This document shows positions 47,853-61,485 of a stretch of 64,000 nt of DNA, piece by piece. A model generated the notes under the pieces. It made no database searches. It worked only from the letters and a program-made list of their open reading frames with translations, and was not told where the DNA came from. This DNA is from Carcharhinus longimanus. Its lineage: Eukaryota. The stretch covers positions 71,049,587-71,113,586 of the forward strand of contig JASCQW010000032.1 in the NCBI GenBank assembly GCA_030264375.1, read 5' to 3'. The position numbers and the translations under genes were made by a program. The first letter of the stretch is position 1. Every line of letters starts with the position of its first letter.

Positions 47853-49407
47853 AAACGTATTGCCCCTCGCCTTCAAGAGTTGGCACGCTCACCCACTTGA
47901 GGCCTTCCTTCCATTGTCTCCATGAATCAGACACCTTTCAGGGACTCTGCCCAGCAATCACTAGGTCACAAAGTCAGTCTCTAACCACTTTGTGGTACTC
48001 AACCAAGGGAACGATGTCTTCAAATTAGACTGACATATGCATCCATAAAGAGCTTAAAAGTCTTCCGGTCACAAAGTTCTCTATTTCTGGTAGGCTCCAC
48101 AGATTTGCTGTGTGCAATATCTGCATTCATCTAATTAAAGGGACTAGATTACAACTTTGCGAAAATAGTATTTTACTGTTGCCACTCATTCAATTTCTAC
48201 AGCGCATTACATTCCAGGGCTGCTTTGGGGACTTGGCCATTATTTTCAATACTTGCACATTTGTACAAATGATACACTGGGGAGATGGTTTCCGGGTGAT
48301 ATAAATTTACCAGATTAAAAGAAAACGGATGCCAGGTCAGAGCTTGCAACCCAATACTTTTAAAAGTAAACTTTCAATTGTTTTGGAGAAGAAAACAAGA
48401 ACAATCCCCTTCTAAAAAAATTAAAACTATGAATTAAAATCCAATAAATTTCAAGCTATTTAATTGCAAAGAAAAATGTTATACCTTTTTATATATACAT
48501 ATCAATACAGGATCAAATATCTTCTTTTGTCTGATTGTGCTTATGTGACTACAGTTGATAAGGTGCAGTACACTTGGTATTACAGAACCCTCAAAATCAG
48601 GTCTTTGGAAACATTCCAAAGCAAATTATTCCATATCAGTCTTTTTTGTTCCCTTCCCTGGAAATATTGCTTACTGGATGTAAGGATGATATGGAAAATC
48701 ATTCTGAACAGCTTCTGTGCTTTGAGCTGTGTGGGAGTTCATGAAGTGTATTAATCGTTAGATGGGAAAGAGTATTGTAAGGTGGTCAAGCCAGCCTTCT
48801 CTCTCAGAAGCTGAAAGATCAGAGAAAATACTATCCAGGTGAGGCCCAGACCCCTTTTCAGGCTCATCTGAGTTTTGATTCAAATGGAAATGAGAGTATA
48901 AAACACATCTGTTCCCCTCCCATGCCAGCATATTTGCCACCTGAATAGCATCCCCACCAGGTATCAACAAGATGCAGGAAATGGCTTTCCTTTTCATCCC
49001 ACTTCTCTGCAATGAGTAAATGAGTGCCCAACAAGACGGCCCAGCTTCCCCGTGTCTCCTCAATCTACTACTTTTTGATCAGGAGCACGAAAGACTGAAT
49101 ATGTGTGAATGCTTAGGTACCTGGGGTATGGAAAGTGGTAATTAGCCCAGCAGGATAATTGATGTGTAGATTACGCAGGAACAAATGCTTTGACTTGCTT
49201 GTTCTTCTTAACACTCCTAAACAGATTCTTCTTTTTTTATTAATGAACACTTACCTCCCTGGTTAAACTGATAAGAAACCATGCTGTACATTAAATGGAA
49301 GGCTGCTCATCATTCTGCTCCACTGTGCTGTGTTGGTGTGATCTTTTTCTCTTCTACAACCAAATGCGTATTACCTTCTAACCAACTCCCACTCTCTCCC
49401 ATCCAAA

Positions 49408-49826
49408 TATATACACACATATGCACACACTCAGCCACTCACACACACTCTCTCTCTCACACATACTCTCTTGCATACAAACTCACAAATCTCTCACCCG
49501 TGTACACACATATACACACTCACACTCTCCTGCACACAGACTCTCTCATTCATACTCTCAAATACACACTCTTTCTTACACACATACGTACACACACCCT
49601 CTCTCTCTTGCACACATCCTCTCTCACACAACAAACTCACTCACTCTCAAGTACACACCATTTGTTATATACACACATACACATGCACGCTCACACTCTT
49701 GCACACATACTCACACATACAAACTCACTTTCAAATACACATCCTCTCTTACTCACATGCTCTCTCTCTCTCCAACACACACATCCTTACACACATAAAC
49801 ACACTCTTGCGCGCACACACACACAT
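49408..49826. repeat. Degenerate (CA/CT)n low-complexity tract of about 420 bp
   Basis: Mixed cacac/ctctc/tacac units; source of the His/Thr-rich spurious ORFs. Confidence 0.92.
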
Positions 49827-51589
49827 TTCATCTAACTGAATTAAACTCTTGGATTAGTCAGGATAGGTAGCAATTCTCAAAGCTGATTCTATTATGTGTC
49901 TCCACTTGTAGGCTCTTGTGCTACAGTTACTCAGCTGTGTATTTGGGAAATTCTAAAAGCTGAAGCTTTACTTTTTGCAAGGTATTCCAGCCTGGGCGGG
50001 GGTGCAAGAAATCTAACTCCTCCAATGATCCCCGTGGAGCTTTCAATCTGTTCTTAAACCAAGGAAATGGGAAGCAGCGAGGATGCAAAGTGTTAACGCT
50101 GCATACAACTTATTTCAGAATGGACTCAAAAGCCAAGCTGAATTCTCATCCTTACCTTGAGAAAAATAATTGAACTGTTGCTGAGTTCATTCCATCAAAA
50201 CATACCCAATAAAAAACAGTGCCACTTTTAATAATCCTTTGCCCCCACTTGGGACAGAACATTCCACTGCAATGAATGTTCTGTTTTCGATCGAGCAAGT
50301 TAGGAACATCTCCAACAAGTCAGTTAACAGCAAGAAAATAAAGAAGGCTTTAAATACACTTTTAAAAAGACTCAGTTCAATATTGACCTGAATAAGTATT
50401 AGATCTAAACCAGTACAGTAAGTTACTTGGAGCAGTTCAGCTTCTGATAAAGCAGACTGAGCAAAATCTGCTATGTTCAAATGCACAAAAAAAGCTGCTT
50501 GCTTCATCATTAACTAACTTGTTATTGAACCTGTCCGAGGTGGTTCCAAACAAGCTAGGTTAAATTCAATTGGTCTGCTTTCTCACATGTGTTCACAGGA
50601 GACTTGGTTCAGATAAGCTTATCAACTCTCACACCCTTGTGTTTCTCACTAGAAATGATCTTTTTTCTTCCAAGTAGCAGAGTTGACATAAACAATGCAC
50701 GTTACCATTCTTACTCAACGTTAGAGTACATTTTGCATGGGGTTCAATTACTCATGCTTCCGAAAGCTTGAGGTCTGCTGGAAGTAGAACTGTTGAATGT
50801 AGGGGTAAGGTTGGTGTTAAATTTGAGCTGAACAGGAACTCCTCGTGGATCTGTTTTCTCTGTAAAAAGTCTCTCAGGCAAAATTACTTTCAAAGACTAA
50901 AGGGGAAAAAAAAACTGAGAGTGCTGTTTCATTTTTGCATTTTAATTGCAAGCAGTGTATCAAACAGTGAGACTAAAAAATGTTTTGAGGCCTGTGCTCT
51001 GAATTCTGTACAGGATTTCAGTCACATTTGGGAACAAGGATAAATTGATATAACATTTGGTCCAAGAGACCAAACAAGAACTTATGCTTAGTTAGTTTGT
51101 TAAGTACCAGTTACATGACCAACTGCTTCAAAACAAAACACAATAACAAGCATTACAAACAAGAATTATTTCTAAAATAATCGAATGAAGCCAATATAAG
51201 AGTGCCTCATGGAGACTAATACTCAAATCCAATAGTTATCAAGTGTGGTCATGTCCCACCATCAACTACTACTCCTCTGGCAAAGCTTTAACAGGACCAA
51301 AATGGACTAATGCCTAATTAGTTCAGTATAGACCTTCAGGTACACCATGAACACAGATGGTTCAGCTGTTCATTCATGCTCTAGGAAGCATCAGTTGTAA
51401 AGCATTTAATGAATGATATTAGGACAGAGGCTCACTTTTACGGAGGATGGTACTAAAGGAATCAACCACAGCAAGTTTGGAGGAACTTAGTAGAATGAAC
51501 TTGATCATAAAGGATCAAATCTGTACAAATGCAAGCACAGTGAGAATGCCCTGGATATATCACAATGGTAAGCATCTTTAATCTTTTAT

Positions 51590-51737
51590 TTATCAATTCA
51601 TGGGACATGGGCTTCGCTGGCTGGCCAGCATTTATTGCCCATCCCTAGTTGCCTTTGGAGGGCAGTTGAGAGTCAACAACATTGCTGTGGCTCTGGAGTC
51701 ACATGTAGGCCCGACCAGGTAAGGACGGCAGATTTCC
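51590..51737 (-). mobile_element. Family-B SINE 3' half
   Basis: ttcatgggacatgggcttcgctggctggccagcatttattgcccatccc...ggtaaggacggcagatttcct. Confidence 0.85.
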
Positions 51738-53748
51738 TACAATATTTTCATGGTCAACTGAGCATAGCAAACAGAAGTTTCAATCTTCCCCAATTGGTAA
51801 TGCAAGGGTTAATTCCTTCGCTGATTAGCATTGTTTTGTTGACCTAAAGTGTATTAAGTATTTGGATAAAACTGATCGTAACCTCAGAATATTTCAGATT
51901 TTCCCAACATGCCATTACTGTAAGACTAATGTCACATTTTATATACCACATCCCTTCTGTGCACACTGTCCCCATACCACTATCCCCTCCCCCCTCCCCC
52001 CAATCACTTAAGAGAAAGACAGCATTTTATTAAGGTGGCTAAATATGTCTTGGACTAGGTACATCAGCAGCAAGACGTTATTCACCTACTCATCACATAA
52101 GAAGCAAGCAAACAATTGCTGAAGCTAATTTCTTAATTAGCTGTGCTCTGGCAGTAATGATTGTAGATTGTGTCAACTAAAATCTGTTTGGTTTCTGTAA
52201 ATTGGAGTCCGACAAGCATCCCGTTCCGTCTAAAACCTGATAACTCTCACCCCCCCTGTCTTTTGTTTTTCCTTCCAGCCTTCTTCCTGTCGCCATCTCA
52301 GTATTTAATCTGACACCGTCAGGCAGCTAGAATGTTTTATTCTTCCTCTCCCCCTCAAAGAGGGAAAAAGGAAAAACAAAACATTTACGTGGGTACAGGA
52401 GAGCTGGCTGCTTCTTTCAACACAGGAAACCAAGAGAAACCTAGTGGCGACTTACAAATGAGGAGAGCTCTTTCTCAACAGCTAATCAAGGCTGTGCTTT
52501 TAAATACACGAAATGATAGCTCTTAAAGTTCACCATAGTTTCTTTATCAATGTCATCATCCATTCAGTACTGCATCTCTGTAGGCCTTAATCTGAGCAGA
52601 CATAACTGCTGCATACCCCTATCACCTATCCATGAAATCAGATGGCATCACTTTTTTTTTCCAAAAGTATTTTGCTACTTTCGTCAATTACTCTTGATTA
52701 CTTTTGACGTTTAGAACAAAACTGCAAGCTTGGTTTATTTTCTGAAAGGAAAAGAAGTATGATACATGTTGAATTTTAACATGTTATGTGTATAAAAAAA
52801 ATTCGGCTTGTGTAGGCAACGGGCGGGTTGCTTGTCTTGGTATCTCCATAATCCTTTTATGCAAACAAATCCGTGGCTTTTATAACCTGCCCTTGATCGT
52901 AAAATAAAACCCAACATCACACAGAAAGTAACAGGAAAGAAGCCAATTATGTCCTTCATCTATTGAGGAAAAGGGGATCCGAGCAAGATGTGCTGACGCT
53001 CTTTGGTGTGTCTCAAAATTCAAAATACGAATCAATGAAAAAAAAATAAAAGCTTCAAAGAAAAGAAACGCCACATTGAAAGTGAATGTTGGGATTTCAG
53101 TAGCACACATCAAGAGTACCTACATTTACAGTTAAAAGGGAAAAAATGGAGTCAAATGTAGATACCCAGATTTGTTTCTGGCTAGGTTTCAGAATTTTGC
53201 AGACTGTTTTCAAATGCAAGAGCCTGAAGACTGAAATATCTTGTCAGATGCTATCCCACTCCCTCAACTCCCTTTTGCCACCCATCCAGCCATAGCAGGA
53301 GTTAATGCCCAGGCCAAAGCCTTGAAAAGAAGGGCCTCATCTCCAACTAAACAAAAGAGTCTACGTAAAACCTATGACTAATTAGCAAAAAACAAGGGGG
53401 GAATCTAATTCAGAAAGAGATTTTTTTTTTGTCCTCATGCGACCAGCAAGCTGTTTTCATTTCCTGTCAGAAACCCTTGAACACTAAGAAGTTACCTGAC
53501 TCAGCTTCTTGTCGAAATCAAATTCAGTTGGAGATAACAGCTAATCATTTGTCACCGTGAAGCAATTCCCTGAAATCTGAGGGAAAACCCACAGCTGCAA
53601 TCTGCAGTCCTGTCAGATCAGAAGAAATTACATTCTGTGGTGACTAACCTCTGCTCTCCGAGCACTAACAACAGCAGTTGACTCTATCAAAACAGAATAT
53701 TATGAACCTGTAGCACTTTGAACCACGGTGAGGCAGCTCATTCCAAAT

Positions 53749-53770
53749 TCTCTCTCTCTCTCTCTCTCTC
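53749..53770. repeat. (CT)n microsatellite
   Basis: Pure TC run of about 11 units. Confidence 0.93.
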
Positions 53771-56700
53771 TCCTCCACACCACCTCCACCACCCCCCCCA
53801 CCCACTCTCACACACACAACTGAAGACCTATAGTCACATACCGTGGCCTAGCCTCAGCCTCAATTTTCGCCACCAAGTGCAGTTTGTTGCATTTTGTATC
53901 TACATAGTTATGCGCACATAATTTACGTACCAACTGAAAAGCATTTGTCAGCTGAAGTCATGCATTTGCCATCTAGAACATTTAGTGTGAAAAGAGGAGG
54001 TAGCACTCCGAGTCGGGAACAGTTTTGTTTTATACATGCAACACTGAATCTGGGAATACAGCCATATCACATTTTCCATACTTAATTTCTTTATTCTCGG
54101 CCTCGAAGACAGCGTGATTCTGTTTGCAGCATCGGCTGGGAAAGTACAATATTGCTAGTGTTTAAAACTGGGTTAGCAATGAATTTTGTTGTGTCAGTAA
54201 TTCATTAAGTCAGTGTCATCTACTTCACTAGTAATCACATGTAAGTAATATAAAATATTTAACCTACTATCATAAGAAGGGACTTTTGTCATGTCACCAC
54301 AATTATAAAATGTTTTAAACAATGTCCAGGATGGAGTAATTAGCTTTCTGTGGAACGTTAGCAAGTATAATACATGCCTGCAGCTTCTAAGTAAAACACA
54401 CATCTAACATGCATATTTCGGGTGGGGAACAGATGAATGCTACTTATAGCTAACAGGACATACATTTATGTCACAGGAAATGCAGGATGATAAGGATTGA
54501 TTGGCCTGCTTTGTTTTTATGCTGTTTCATATACTTATTAATACCAGTTTAATTATTTGACTTAATGTTGTGGAAATACAAATACTTATCAAAGGTGAAA
54601 TGGCAGTAAAGCAGAGAAGGAATCAGAGGGACTATTTCTAATCCTGCGCCTTCACGTGGTTCAGCACACTGGCAAAACTCAACTAAATGTGATGATCAAC
54701 TATTCTCTCAATGGAAGCAGTTACGACTATGCTATTATTCAGCTCCCCCTCACCAAAACTTCTTTTAATGGCATATTTTCCCTGACATAGAACATGAAAA
54801 TTCAGCCCATTTTCAGGAACGAAAGGCAAATTCCTCTCAAACACAAACTGCTGCTCCTCCTGCCGTCAGGTCATTTCGGGGAACCCGGATATTAATCCCT
54901 CGAATCAGCCATCACACTTCTTGTTTGCACCTGATCTGGATTACTTGGGAGATTCCACAAACATTTTCAGAGCATTTTTCCAGAGCAAAAGAAAATCGCT
55001 CACTCTTCTGAAATTTAAGCAGCCGATGCTGAGGAAGATTTCCCAGGAGTAGTCAGATTTTCTCAGGTTTAACTAAATAATTTATGCATTCTTTCAGTTT
55101 GGCAACGTGAAGCGATTCTAGCCTTTACAAACCACAACTCCTCGAGAGGCAGAAAAGAGACTTGTTCCTGCTCAGCTGAATAACTTAAAACAGCTAAGGT
55201 GGAAGAGCTCTGTACATTTTTTCCTTTTTTGACCAACCAGGAGAGAAAATATCAGTGCCAAAAATGCTGAGTGGAGCATAAATCTACTCCCCCTTGAAGA
55301 TTTCTTTGTCACTTGGAAGCACATAGGGTGTGAAGAATGGATAAAGATGGTGCACTGTGTCGATGCCTCTCCCGTCCCTATGTCAGGATTCAGTCATTGC
55401 CAAAGGGATAATTTGCTTTCCCTTTTGCACATCCACAGTGAAAGATACCTCTGAGATAAGATGGTGGAACTGAGGTAGGAGCCCCTGCAGTGGACAAGCA
55501 GGGCATCTTCCACCTTGAACACCTACAAGACCAAGAAAATAGGCATACAACTGTTTCGCCTGTTAGCCTCAGGCCAGGTAAAAATCAGAAAAACCATATT
55601 TATTACCACAGGACTGTAAAACAAAATGCAGGCCATAAGGCAAGAAAAAGGTACCCGAGTAGGAAACTGAGTAATAAATACCACTTCACCACCAAAAAAC
55701 ACTCTTTCATGTAGTGACTGTACAAATCGAAGTGGTTTGACATCTCAACCAAATGGGTTCTCTCCAAGTGAGTGTGATACTACTGATCTTCTAAAAGACT
55801 TACAGACTCATGGTGTTCTTACTCCTGTGATATAGCAAAGCTCAAATGAGCTGGACCATTCTCAGGCTGGCTCAACACTGACGAAGCATCCCACCTTCAA
55901 TTCATCTTTCTTGTAAGATGACAAATTTCCCCTGTTCCAAAAGAAATCTGAACCCAAATTTGGAGCTGAGCCCAGCCTTCTTGTCGTTGACACAGCAGTT
56001 GCAAAATGTCACATCTGGCTCCACGTTTCTTTGGTTGGGTACAGTTCAAATTCAAGTGAAGCAAATTAGACATTTGAGTAATAGCTGGCTGGTCCTTGTC
56101 AAACTTAAAGTCAATGCATGTCACTGTGGACATACCTCTGATATTCAGCAGCAGGTACCAGTGGAGACTGCAAGCTGCAATCAACGCTGTATAGACATCA
56201 GAGTTCACAATCTTGACACATAGCAAACCAGAATGATCATTCCAAAGTGATATGACATCATCGCAATCAGGATCAAAGAATCAAAGAGCTTAATCAAAGG
56301 GATTCAATGGGAACCATTGCAACATGAAATATGGCAGCCATGTCCATTTAATTGTGAGTCAGTCTCCCAATGGAGGGAGAACCTTCCCTGATTAAATCAG
56401 AGAGTGGAAGAGGCTCACGCAAGAATCCTGGCCATTGGTAGGATGTCAATTAGGCCCATCAATGAGCCAATTGCATCCATTATCTCTCAGACCACCGCTT
56501 GTTAGTGGTACCTCAGGGACTACTGGGAGCTGCACAACTTCCGTGTGCCCTGGAAGGCCACCCAGCAAACCCTACTGGGTATGCCAGTGGCCTCCTAGGG
56601 GAGACAAAAGGGTTACCGAGCACTTTGTACATGATCCTGAGATCTGGTGTCAGGAAGGGGAGGATCCGCTAAATGCCACACTCCTGCCTTTGCCTCTGAC

Positions 56701-57049
56701 GCCTCTGACCCCTCTCCCAACTCCTCCCCTGCTGCTGTGACTGCCACACTCTGCAACCTCCATCTTGCTTTCTCTCACTGTTGGTCTGGGCCAGTATGGG
56801 CCTCTGGTGACTGCTGTGCCCTCAGTAGTTACCACTCTCTATGATGCGGATGGCAATGACAAGCTACTTATTTCTGATTGGTGGGACTTCTGCCACCAAG
56901 TACCTCAATTGTGGGGGACGCTTGATGGTGGCTATTTGAGAGCCTGAGGGACACTTGATTCCACGGGCCTCTCCCATGTAAACAACGAGGGGCTTGCTGC
57001 CAATTCTGATCAGAGGAGAAGGTCCATTATCAAAATCCAGACTATAAAA

Positions 57050-57276
57050 AATTACAACACAGAAGAAGGCCATTCAGCCCCTCTTTTTCTTGTCTACAAT
57101 GGTTAATGGTAATCTGCTTAATCTAACATATCTTTGAAGTGAGAGAGGAAACCTGAGCACCTTGCATACATGGAGAGAACGTGCAAACTCCACATAGTCA
57201 CCCAAGTTCAGAATTGAGCGCAGGTCACTGGCACTGCAAGGCAGCATTGCTAACCACTATGCCACCATGCCGTCCC
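57050..57276 (-). mobile_element. Older HE1-type V-SINE with internal deletion
   Basis: gaaggccattcagcc...ggaaacctgagcacc...ggagagaacgtgcaaactccaca...gctaaccactatgccaccatgccgtccc. Confidence 0.8.
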
Positions 57277-57869
57277 TAAGCCAACAAGATTACTTTCATA
57301 GGGAGACACCAGCAGGAGCTTGTGTGATTGGCACTGGCTGCACACAATGTATCAACAGAAGGATCATCTTTGCAATCACCTCAGATAAAACCATACTATG
57401 TTAAATGGGATAACATCAGTTATCAGATAAGATCATTATGCACACTTTTGTAACTAAACTTATTTTTATTCTGTATTACTTCTCCAGTGGCATGTCATGC
57501 CATTCAATCTCTGGGTATCTACATTGGTAAATGAACAGCCTAGCTCAGAGGCCAACAAAATTCTCAAGCTCTACATATCAGTATTGACTAAGTTATCTTG
57601 AATCAGCTGACACATTAGTGGAGCACAGCAACTGGCCACTGCATTTGTTTTCTGAAAAGAGCCAAAACTAGTTGCAGCTTCTGCTCCTTACTGCTATCCA
57701 GTGACTTATATCTGCAAGGGCGTATGCGCGAATGCCATGTGAGACAAATTTGGGTGTGATTCTCTCATCTTCGAATAGCCGCTTACCCTGTTGGAGCCAC
57801 TGTTGACCTGCCTGGTGCCGATCTTCCAGATGATCTAAAGATATTCCAGGAATGCCTGAACTACTTGAC

Positions 57870-58027
57870 TTTAAAGACATGCTGGTTAGGTGCAGTGGCC
57901 ATGCTAAATTCCCGCTCAGTGTACCCGAACGGGCACCAGAATATAGCGGCTCTGGGATTTTCACAGTGGCTTCACTGCAGTGGTAATGTAAGCCTACTTG
58001 TGACATTAATAAATGAATTTCAACTTT
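57870..58027 (+). mobile_element. Short V-SINE variant, 3' half
   Basis: aaagacatgctggttaggtgc...gggattttcacagtggcttcactgcagtggtaatgtaagcctacttgtgacattaataaa. Confidence 0.85.
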
Positions 58028-59452
58028 ATATGTTGGCAATACAGCAGCCAATTAAGAGGGAAAAACAGGACAATATGACAAGGAGAAGAACTGGACCTAG
58101 TTTTTACCATGAATTTGCATTGTAAATTCAAACCTATATTGAGATCAGGGTAGCATGGTGGGAGGATTACCTTCTATTAAAAGATTATTTCAGTGTAGTT
58201 CCTCAGATAAATTAATGGTAAAATTTACTGCATGGCATCATGCTGAACTGCATGCACTGAAAGCTCCAACTTTTATCCCTGACCTATACTGAGTTATATG
58301 GCTTCAGACTGGTTGCACTGTGGGTGCCCAACTGGCCTCATTTTAGGTAATTGAGAAAAATTAGTCAAGAGTTCTGTTGCCCAATAAAACAACTGTTCAG
58401 GAAAATGAATCACTAATCAAAAAAGGGATGGTAAACAGAACAATATTTCTCTTTGGCCCCAGGTTGAAGTAACCTGATGCACATACCGCTCGAACTGTGC
58501 AGCAGAAGACAGATATGCTTAAACAGCAAAGTAATAAAAATCAATATCCTGGAATATTCCCCCTCCTCGTCTGTGATAACAGCATTGGTATTAAGTTTTT
58601 CACATGTTGCAACAGTGCCTATCAGTTTCCACTGTTCTTCCTACGCCAGCTATTACAGGGCCTATAACCACCTGGGGACTGCACTGGCAGCAATGCTCAT
58701 CCCACAGAGTTGACCAGATGCCAGCTTCATTGCATCAGCGTCAATTTGTTTCAACCCAAACTGGACAAGGCCAAGGCACACAGCTCACCCCCACCCACTC
58801 TCCTTTGCAAGGACTTACAAAACACACTGCATTGTTTCAACAAAAAAAAAGCAAAAGGGTAGGTAGGCAATTCAACTTATTTTTATACTTTCTTTTGTAC
58901 TGTTGTGATTATGGTTGCAGAATATTTAACCATTGAGCTCCCACGTATAATTAAGCATTCCATTTCCAAAAGGCGAAATTTTTAGCATTGCTGCATGCCC
59001 TCGTCATTCATCAGATTGGAATGACCGCCTCAGTTTAAACTGAAAAGAGAACTGGTTGTTGCCTGTAATAATAACAAGTGCCCATCTGAATTCTTACATC
59101 TTTGCTTTTTAAAATATTTTCTCATCAGATTTCTTCTCTCCGGAAGATGCTTTTTCCTTGCTGGAATCCGATTAGATGGTTGTCAGTTTCCTTCCCCAAA
59201 TGACCACTGTTTGGTTGTGAGCCTTGATGGTGCATGCCAGTGGGCTATGCGAGGGCACCACAGTCAAGGCTGATCCTATCCTCACTGTATTTCCAGGCAC
59301 AGGCTCTTCCAGAGGGGGATCCTTGATGGTGGCCAAGTTTGGGAACTGTGGTTAACTTTACCAACCTGTCCCTGGAACACTGATGTCCACTGGAGAGCCC
59401 CTATCTATTGCCTAGACTGGGATTAAATAGCTGCACAAACTGGGTCTAGAGC

Positions 59453-59650
59453 AAAAACAGAAAATACAAGTACTTAGCAGATTTGACATCTGCAGAGAGA
59501 GAAAGGGAGTTATGGGCGACAATATTTCATCAGGACTGTTCCGAATTTTTGGCAGAATTGACCGACGTATTAATTCTGTTTCTTTCTCTACTGATGCTGC
59601 TGGATCCGCTGATTATTTGCAACATTTTCTAAATTTAATTTCCTATTTCC
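59453..59650. mobile_element. Inverted pair of Penelope-like terminal repeats, inserted in an old SINE
   Basis: Left arm aaaaacagaaaat...ttagcagatttgacatctgcagagagagaaagggagtta; right arm taattctgtttctttctctactgatgctgctggatccgctgattatttgcaacattttct. Confidence 0.6.
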
Positions 59651-59944
59651 AGTGGAATTTCGCTTTCAAAAATCTAGGATCTTCCTGGCTCGTACAACAC
59701 AACTAGTCACTTAAACCTGCTGAGCTATCAGGGGAGTCATAATGCTTTTCCTTGTGTTAATCTTATTTAGAGACTGCTTTCATTCCATTTTGGTAATAAA
59801 TGTGCTAAAAGTCAACATTACTGCACCGAGATTGCTGCTCAATTTAACTGAATGTGACAAATAAACCTGAAATTCTTCTTGCTGTTGTACAGAGTTTATG
59901 TTAACAAGGGTGGGGAGGAAGAATGGATTTTAATTCTTCTTGCT

Positions 59945-60165
59945 CCCAGTGGGGCCCAGTTAACTTATTGAACTCAAGTGTGATGCAGAATGATGCCAAC
60001 AGTGTGGGTTCAATCCCTGTACTGGCTATGATAGTTCATGGAGGCCCTGCCTCCTTGCCTTGCCACATGCTTGCTGCGTGCTGCCCCTCAAGCTATATAT
60101 AATCAATTGTCTCTCTCTAATGGAGAGAAACTCCTATAGTCCTCTGTGGACAATGGCTAATTACT
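59945..60165 (+). mobile_element. Short tRNA-headed SINE-like repeat
   Basis: A-box-like agtggggcccagtt and B-box gggttcaatccc. Single copy in this window. Confidence 0.45.
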
Positions 60166-60400
60166 GCTCCCAATGATTGAATCTAGCATTCCCAGATTGA
60201 ACTGTGTTAAATCCTCCTTCAACCCATGGAACTGCTTCGACATAAAGTGGTTCCACAATGTACTGAGGCATCTGCTACTTTGAAATCCACTCACTTACAT
60301 TACTGGACAGATTTCAGAGTAGAACCTGTCATGAGATACCAAAGACTGCACTTGCACAAGATTGTATATGGCCACTATTCCAATATCCAACAGAAATTTG

Positions 60401-60709
60401 GGGCAGCATGGTGGCACTACTGCCTTGCAGCGCCAGGGACCCAGGTTCAACTCCAGTCTCTGGTACCTATTTCTGTGGAGTTTGCACATTCTTGCCATAT
60501 GTGCGTGTGTTTCCTCCAGGTGCTTTAGTTTCCTCCCACAGTCCATAGATGTGCGGGTATGGTTGATTGGCCGTGCTAAATTGACCCTAGTGTCAGGGGG
60601 ATTAGCAGTGTTGTTGTGTGGGTTATGAGAATAGGGTGGCATTGTGGTCAATACAGACTTGATGGGCTGACTGGCCTCCTTCTGTACTGTAGGGTTCTGC
60701 GAGTCTATG
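60401..60709 (+). mobile_element. HE1-type V-SINE
   Basis: gggcagcatggtggcac head, V-domain and CR1-like tail. Confidence 0.9.
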
Positions 60710-61178
60710 AAAATCACCAGGGTCATTGCTTAGTTGCTTTAAGCGTAGCAAATATACCAGGCAGTTAAGGGAAAACTTGTGAAGAACTGACATTAGTCTC
60801 AAGTGACATGCAAATGTAAGTTCAAATCTATTCTGAAACTACGACAGAGATAGATTTGTAAACCTTCATGAAATGATAACTTCTGAATGGATTGGATAAA
60901 TACATTGCATGGTATGGTGTGACCAAAATCACCATGGAAGTCAAGGATTTGAATCTGGGTTTGTACTGTGTCTGAATAGAACTGAGGAGTCAGGATTAGA
61001 CCACTATTTCATTGTTAAATCAGTAATCCCTGCACATTGATGTGTGGGCATTGAGTGAGTATTGACTTTGAATGCAATGGTGATTTCAGTAAATTTTCTA
61101 CTGAGATTCACTTACATACTATACAGGAGAGACTGCTTGTACCTGTGGAACTCTAGCTCAGTAGGCATCAGTATATTC

Positions 61179-61485
61179 TAAAGTTTATTTACTAGGCTTA
61201 CAAGTAGGCTGACATTAGCACCACAATTAAGTTATTGTGAAAGTCCCCTAGTCGCCATACTCCAGTGCCTGTTCAGATACACTGAGGGAACATTTAGCAT
61301 GGTCAATGCACCTAATCAGCATATCTTTTGGACTGCGGGAGAAACAGGAGCACCCGAAGGAAACCCAGGCAGACACAGGGGAGAACGTGCAGACTCTGCA
61401 CAAACAGTGACCCAAGCTAGGAATCGAACCTGTGTCCCTGGCACTCTGATGCAGCAGTGCTAACCACAATGCCACCGTGCTGCCC
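61179..61485 (-). mobile_element. Short V-SINE variant with non-CR1 tail
   Basis: Same structure as the 11283 and 24673 copies. Confidence 0.88.

Noticed and set aside
49281-49839. His/Thr-rich ORFs of 122-184 aa
   Set aside because: Translation of a degenerate CA/CT microsatellite, open in several frames.
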